Shown: in pieces, positions 48,779 through 53,557 of the stretch | How positions within the stretch are numbered: the first letter of the stretch is position 1 | Layout of the letters: each line of letters opens with the position of its first letter | Assembly: GCA_038231275.1 (NCBI GenBank) | Contig: JBBRLQ010000043.1 | Coordinates: 1 to 53,557, forward strand | DNA from: Polyangiales bacterium | GTDB lineage: Bacteria > Myxococcota_A > Polyangia > Polyangiales > Polyangiaceae | Reading direction: 5' to 3' | Length of the DNA: 53,557 nucleotides | Position numbers and translations under genes: made by a program | Notes under the pieces: model-generated | Seen by the model: the letters and a program-made list of their open reading frames with translations, nothing else | What the model was told of the DNA's origin: nothing | Databases searched by the model: none

Positions 48779-50218
48779 TCACGCCAGCGCGCGCGCTTCG
48801 AACTTCGCGAGCCGACGCATCGCGGTTCGCGCGGCGTGGTATCCGCACATGCCGTGCACGCCACCGCCCGGCGGCGTCGACGACGAACAGAGGAGCACGC
48901 GAGGGTTCGGCGTCGTGTAGGGATTGAGGCGCGCGATCGGGCGCGTGAAGAGCTGTGACAAATCGGCGACGCCGCCGGTGATCGCGCCCCCGACGAGGTT
49001 CGGGTTGTGCCGCTCGAGATCGGCGGGTGACGTCGTATGACGCGCGAGGATGCGATCGCGAAAGCCCGGCGCAAACCGCTCGATTTGCGCCTCGATGCGC
49101 GCCGTCATGTCGACGGTGGATCCCGCCGGGACGTGGCAGTACGCGTACCCTGTCTGCTTTCCTGGAGGCGCGCGCGACGGATCGAGCTCGCTCTGCTGCA
49201 CGACGAGCACGAACGGTTTGTCGGCGTGATCGCCCCGGTACATCGCGGCCTCCGACACGGCGAGCTCTTCGATCGTCCCACCCACGTGGACGGTCGATGC
49301 CTCGAGGCAGCGCGGATCCTTCCACGGGATCGATCCATCGAGCGCCCAATCGACCTTGAACACGCCAGGCCCGTATCTGAACTTTCGTAGACGTCGCAGG
49401 TAGCCATCAGGGAGTGCCTGACCCGCGATCCTTTCCAATTGAGCGGGGCTCGTGTCGAACAAGAACACGCGCGCCGGCGGCAGATCCTTCAGGCTCTTCA
49501 CGAACCGACCGGTCTCGATCGTTCCCCCGTGCGCGCCGAGCAAGCTCGCGAGCGCGCGTGCGATCGATCGCGACCCTCCCTTCGCCACCGGCCACGCGTC
49601 GACGTGCGCGGTCACGAGGAACATGAGACCGATGGCCGCGGTCAGCGCCCGATCGAGCGGGAGGATCGAATGCGACGCGCACCCACCAAAGAGCGCGCGC
49701 GCTCGCACGTCGTCGAAGCGCTTCGCGAGGCCGAGCGCCGAACGCACAGCGTGCCACCCGAAGCGCATCATGAGGAACGGATGCCGCGGGATCCGGAGAG
49801 GTGCGAGCGCGTCATGAAGGAGCCCGTGCGGATCGCGGAGGAACGGCGCGACCAGTCGCCGGTAGCTCTCCGCGTCGCCGCCCAGATCCGCGCACGTCTC
49901 TTCGAGCGACGTGCGCAGGACGACCGCCGGTTGATCGTCGAGCGGATGCGCGACCGACGCCTTGGGACGCAGCCACGTGAGCCCGTGCTCTTCGAGCGGC
50001 AGCGTGCGGAAGAACGGCGAGAGCACGCCCATCGGGTGCGCGGCGGAGCACACGTCGTGCAGATACCCCGGGAGCGTCAGCTCGGCGGAGCGGGTTCCGC
50101 CACCGATCTCGTCCATCGCTTCGAGGACGAGGACCTTCGCCCCCTCACGCGCGAGCGCGACGGCCGCCGCGAGCCCATTCGGGCCCGAGCCGACGATGAC
50201 GACATCCGGATCGCTCAC
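48779..50218 (-). CDS. Phytoene dehydrogenase-like FAD-dependent oxidoreductase
   Basis: VGSGPNGL.AA, GGG.RS.ELTLPG..HDVCSA.HP, CSSSTPPGGGVHGMCG. Confidence 0.92.
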   Translation of the reverse strand: MSDPDVVIVGSGPNGLAAAVALAREGAKVLVLEAMDEIGGGTRSAELTLPGYLHDVCSAAHPMGVLSPFFRTLPLEEHGLTWLRPKASVAHPLDDQPAVVLRTSLEETCADLGGDAESYRRLVAPFLRDPHGLLHDALAPLRIPRHPFLMMRFGWHAVRSALGLAKRFDDVRARALFGGCASHSILPLDRALTAAIGLMFLVTAHVDAWPVAKGGSRSIARALASLLGAHGGTIETGRFVKSLKDLPPARVFLFDTSPAQLERIAGQALPDGYLRRLRKFRYGPGVFKVDWALDGSIPWKDPRCLEASTVHVGGTIEELAVSEAAMYRGDHADKPFVLVVQQSELDPSRAPPGKQTGYAYCHVPAGSTVDMTARIEAQIERFAPGFRDRILARHTTSPADLERHNPNLVGGAITGGVADLSQLFTRPIARLNPYTTPNPRVLLCSSSTPPGGGVHGMCGYHAARTAMRRLAKFEARALA

Positions 50219-50219
50219 G

Positions 50220-51890
50220 TCACCCTTCCGTCGCAGGCGGGCTCGCCGTCGCCGACCACGGCTGTCGCGTCCGAAGCTCGGCGACGTCGAGGTCGCCCTC
50301 TTCGAGCAATCCCTTCTTCGCGTCGTGGATGCGGTAGCCCATTTTCGATCCACCGAACGGCTGCGCCTCGACGAAGATGCACCGCAGCTCTCCCTCCTCG
50401 AAGCCGCACTGCGCTTGCACGTTCGCGAGGAGCTGCTCGCGGTGAAGGTGCCCGTCGCCGAAGTTCCACCCGAGGACGAGTCCTGCGATGAGCTCGCCGT
50501 CGAAGTACTCGTAGTCGAGAAAGTCTCCGACCGCCTTCGGCACCAGCAGCGGCAGCGCGCGACCGTGAAGATGCATCAGCCGAAATCCCATCACCTTGCC
50601 GAGCAGCCCCACCGACGTGCTCTTGTCGTAGAACTTCGCGAGCTGATCGTAGATCCACGGCGCGCTCGTCGTGAGGCGCGCGAGCTTCCGCTTGGCGCAA
50701 TCCCCCTTGAAGAGCCACACGCCGTACGCCCAGTTGCCGGCGTAGTACCGCATCGCCAAGAGGAACGAGAGCTGCTTCGGGAAGATGTTGCCGAGGAGCG
50801 GCGCGCCGATGAGCATCGCGACGAGGAACGCCGAGAGCGGAGTCACGCCGAGCTGCCAGATGGTGACGTCGGGATGCGCCCAGAAGAGCGCGAACGCGCC
50901 GTACACGACGATCACGTTCCACTCGATCGGTACGCCCATCGGCACGTTGCTCGTGATGAACGCGTGGAGGCCGAGCATCAGCACCATCCCGACGACGAGC
51001 GACGTTCCGCCGGGGGACAGCATCAGCACCGCCGGCACGCCGACCTCGAGGAGCGTCCCTCCATGGCCCATGATCTCGGCGAAGCGCGCCGGACGCAGAT
51101 CCTTCGGAAAATTCCGGTACATCCGCTTCCGCAGCCACGCGAAGCGCGCGAACGGGCTGTTGCTCGTCATCACGCAGACGACGGTCGGGAAATGATGATT
51201 GAGCTTCGAGAAGCCGGCCCAGAACCAGAGCGCGAGCTGCACCGCCTTGGCGCCACCTATCCAGTCCGGTGTGACGACGAAGCAGACGATCGTCGTCCAA
51301 AAATGCTCGGCGCGGAGCGCGAGGAAGATCGTCTTGTCGGCGATGCCCACGAACGGCACGAGCACCATGATCGGGACGAGCATCTCGCGATCGATCGCGG
51401 GCGCCACGAGCGCGCGCACCGTCACGACGAGGAGCGCGATGTAGAGCGCGACATCGACCATCGTGCGCCGCGCGCCGCCGAGGAGGGGAAGGGAAGGGAA
51501 GAGCGGCAGCTTCGTCGTCCCCGGACGCAGCCAATAGAGGAAGCCCCCGACCGGTGGAAAGTAACGCCCGGTGAGCGGCCCGCTCCCACACCCGAGGCCC
51601 AACCCCTCGAAGAGCATGCTCCACAGGATCGCCTTCTGGAACGCGAGCGGCGAGAGGCACCACGCCCCGATCGTGGACAGCCCGCCGAGCGACGGCGAAA
51701 ACCCGCAGAACCAGACCCAGGCCCCGATATAGAGGAGGACCTTCACCACGTAGAGCCCGTACGCCGCGATCGGCGTCCCGTACCCCTGCAGTGCCCACGA
51801 CTCGCAGACCATCCGTCCGCGCTCGGCGAAAGGCTTCTTGATCCATTCGAGGGGATCGTAGGGCGGGGGAATCGGCTGGAGGAGGCTCAA
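50220..51890 (-). CDS. DUF3556-like transmembrane protein
   Basis: FQKAILWS.LFE.LG, SGPLT, DKTIFLA.R.EH, SKLN.HF, VP.EWN, MRYYAGNW, GWNFGDGHLH. Confidence 0.8.
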   Translation of the reverse strand: MSLLQPIPPPYDPLEWIKKPFAERGRMVCESWALQGYGTPIAAYGLYVVKVLLYIGAWVWFCGFSPSLGGLSTIGAWCLSPLAFQKAILWSMLFEGLGLGCGSGPLTGRYFPPVGGFLYWLRPGTTKLPLFPSLPLLGGARRTMVDVALYIALLVVTVRALVAPAIDREMLVPIMVLVPFVGIADKTIFLALRAEHFWTTIVCFVVTPDWIGGAKAVQLALWFWAGFSKLNHHFPTVVCVMTSNSPFARFAWLRKRMYRNFPKDLRPARFAEIMGHGGTLLEVGVPAVLMLSPGGTSLVVGMVLMLGLHAFITSNVPMGVPIEWNVIVVYGAFALFWAHPDVTIWQLGVTPLSAFLVAMLIGAPLLGNIFPKQLSFLLAMRYYAGNWAYGVWLFKGDCAKRKLARLTTSAPWIYDQLAKFYDKSTSVGLLGKVMGFRLMHLHGRALPLLVPKAVGDFLDYEYFDGELIAGLVLGWNFGDGHLHREQLLANVQAQCGFEEGELRCIFVEAQPFGGSKMGYRIHDAKKGLLEEGDLDVAELRTRQPWSATASPPATEG

Positions 51891-52003
51891 GGTGCACCCA
51901 TCGCGAGGTGCTCTACGCGGGGCTCAGCCGGGGGGATGCATGCAGACGCGAGCACGCGCGCGAGCGTACGCGGAGCAAGCTCCGCGCCAGGGATTAAAAA
52001 CGT

Positions 52004-52043
52004 TTGCGTGACGCGCGGATTGGAGTAAAAAGCGCGTCCCCGC
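52004..52043 (+). promoter_or_regulatory. Putative sigma70-type promoter for rpsD-rpoA block
   Basis: TTGCGT-N16-TAAAAA-GCGCGTCCCCGC with A tract upstream; matches the rplV upstream motif. Confidence 0.65.
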
Positions 52044-52164
52044 TCCTCTGGAGCACGCCGGGATGAAGCCCTTCGCCACCTGGCGAAGGCGTGTAAACCG
52101 GGTTTCTGGTTCCTCCGTCCGTTCTGTCGATTGCGGCGCGGAGGACCCAAAAAAGGTAATAAAA

Positions 52165-52794
52165 ATGGCTCGTTACATCGGTCCGGTCTGCAGGTTGTGC
52201 CGCCGGGAGGGCATGAAGCTCTTCCTCAAGGGCGAGCGCTGCTACTCGGAGAAGTGCTCCTACACCCGCCGGCCGTACCCGCCGGGTCAGCACGGCCAGG
52301 GCCGCATCAAGCTCAGCGAGTACGCCGTTCGTCTCCGCGAGAAGCAGAAGGTTCGCCGCATTTACGGCGTCCTCGAGCGCCAGTTCCGCGAGTACTACTT
52401 CGACGCGACGCGCCGCAAGGGCCGCACCGGCGAGCAAATGCTGGGGCTCTTGGAGAGTCGCCTCGACAACGTCGTCTACCGCCTCGGCTTCGCGGCCACG
52501 CGCGTCGAAGCGCGCCAACTCGTCCAGCACGGCCACATCAACATCAACGGCAAGCGCGTCGACATCCCGAGCTACCTCCTCCGCAACGGGGACAAGATCG
52601 AGATCCGCGAGAAGAGCCGTGAGCTGAAGCTCATCGCCGCGTCGCTCGCCCAGGTCGAGAAGCGCCCGATGATGTCGTGGCTCGAGCTCGACAAGGCGAA
52701 CTTCGCCGGCACCTACAAGGGCCAGGCGGTCCGCGAAGAGATGAACGAGCCGCAGATTCGCGAGCAGCTCGTCGTCGAGTACTACTCGCGCTGA
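52165..52794 (+). CDS. rpsD: 30S ribosomal protein S4
   Basis: [45 protein letters not shown]. Confidence 0.99.
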   Translation: MARYIGPVCRLCRREGMKLFLKGERCYSEKCSYTRRPYPPGQHGQGRIKLSEYAVRLREKQKVRRIYGVLERQFREYYFDATRRKGRTGEQMLGLLESRLDNVVYRLGFAATRVEARQLVQHGHININGKRVDIPSYLLRNGDKIEIREKSRELKLIAASLAQVEKRPMMSWLELDKANFAGTYKGQAVREEMNEPQIREQLVVEYYSR

Positions 52795-52919
52795 TTTACC
52801 TTCAGCTCAGGCAACGTCGAGAAGCATACGGGCAGGCGACGGAGACCACCGGAGAGCGGGTTCGAAGGGGTCTCGGGATCGCCGCGTAAACGAGAAGAGA
52901 ACACAGAGGAGCACGACAC

Positions 52920-53557
52920 ATGACGATGAGCATGACCCAGCGCAACTGGCGCGATTTGATTCGTCCGCGCGGCATCCAGGTCGAGGCGGAGACGCTCACC
53001 GACTTCTACGGCAAGTTCACCTGCGAGCCGCTCGAGCGTGGCTTCGGCATCACGGTCGGCAACTCGCTCCGCCGCGTTCTCCTCTCGTCGCTCCAGGGCG
53101 CGGCCATCACGGCCGTCCGCCTCGAGGGCGCGCTCCACGAGTTCACCACGATCGGCGACGTCGTCGAGGACGTGACGGACATCATCCTCAACCTGAAGGA
53201 AGTCGTCCTCAAGGCAGCGGCCGTGAAGCCGTACACCGTCCGCATCGACAAGGAAGGCCCCGGCCCCGTCTACGCGAAGGACATCCAGCTCGTCGACGGC
53301 CTCCAGGTCCTGAACCCCGACCACCTCGTCGCGACGCTCGACAAGAAAGGCCCGCTCACGATGGAGCTGACCGTCGGCGTCGGCCGCGGCTACGTCCCGG
53401 CGGACAAGAACAAGACGCCGACGATGCCGATCGGCACCATCCCGATCGACAGCCTCTTCGCGCCGATCCGCAAGGTGAACTACACCGTCATGGCGGCGCG
53501 CGTCGGGCAGTCCACGGACTACGACAAGCTCTCGCTCGAGGTGTGGACCAACGGCAG
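52920..53557 (+). CDS. rpoA: RNA polymerase subunit alpha (3' truncated by window)
   Basis: [35 protein letters not shown]...HEF....VVEDV.DIILNLK. Confidence 0.98.
   Translation, partial: MTMSMTQRNWRDLIRPRGIQVEAETLTDFYGKFTCEPLERGFGITVGNSLRRVLLSSLQGAAITAVRLEGALHEFTTIGDVVEDVTDIILNLKEVVLKAAAVKPYTVRIDKEGPGPVYAKDIQLVDGLQVLNPDHLVATLDKKGPLTMELTVGVGRGYVPADKNKTPTMPIGTIPIDSLFAPIRKVNYTVMAARVGQSTDYDKLSLEVWTNG

Overview
GC-rich bacterial chromosome segment, most likely Myxococcota (Polyangiales-like, judged from MYXO-CTERM tails, Asp/Ala/Gly-rich lipoprotein linkers and several eukaryotic-type Ser/Thr kinases). The backbone is the tuf-S10-spc-alpha ribosomal protein cluster, broken into three blocks: tuf'-rpsJ-rplD-rplW-rplB-rpsS (rplC absent), rplV to rpsK (map absent), and rpsD-rpoA'. 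The two gaps (about 25.8 kb and about 14 kb) hold accessory genes. Each gap begins with a terminator-like hairpin and ends with a closely similar sigma70-like promoter motif. Gap 1 contains a candidate non-canonical lanthipeptide operon (Cys/Ser/Thr peptide, HopA1/LanY-like protein, RRE-kinase-LanC fusion), a PQQ-type sugar dehydrogenase-diheme cytochrome c-CBM20 fusion, an ABC/M1-peptidase module, a collagen-like protein, two GT-C-like membrane proteins and two disrupted genes. Gap 2 contains two paralogous lamin-tail-domain proteins, a GNAT fusion, a ycaO-tfuA-small peptide-kinase locus and a DUF3556/FAD oxidoreductase pair. No tRNA, rRNA, CRISPR array, integrase or transposase was seen. All family calls come from motif recognition by eye, not from database searches.
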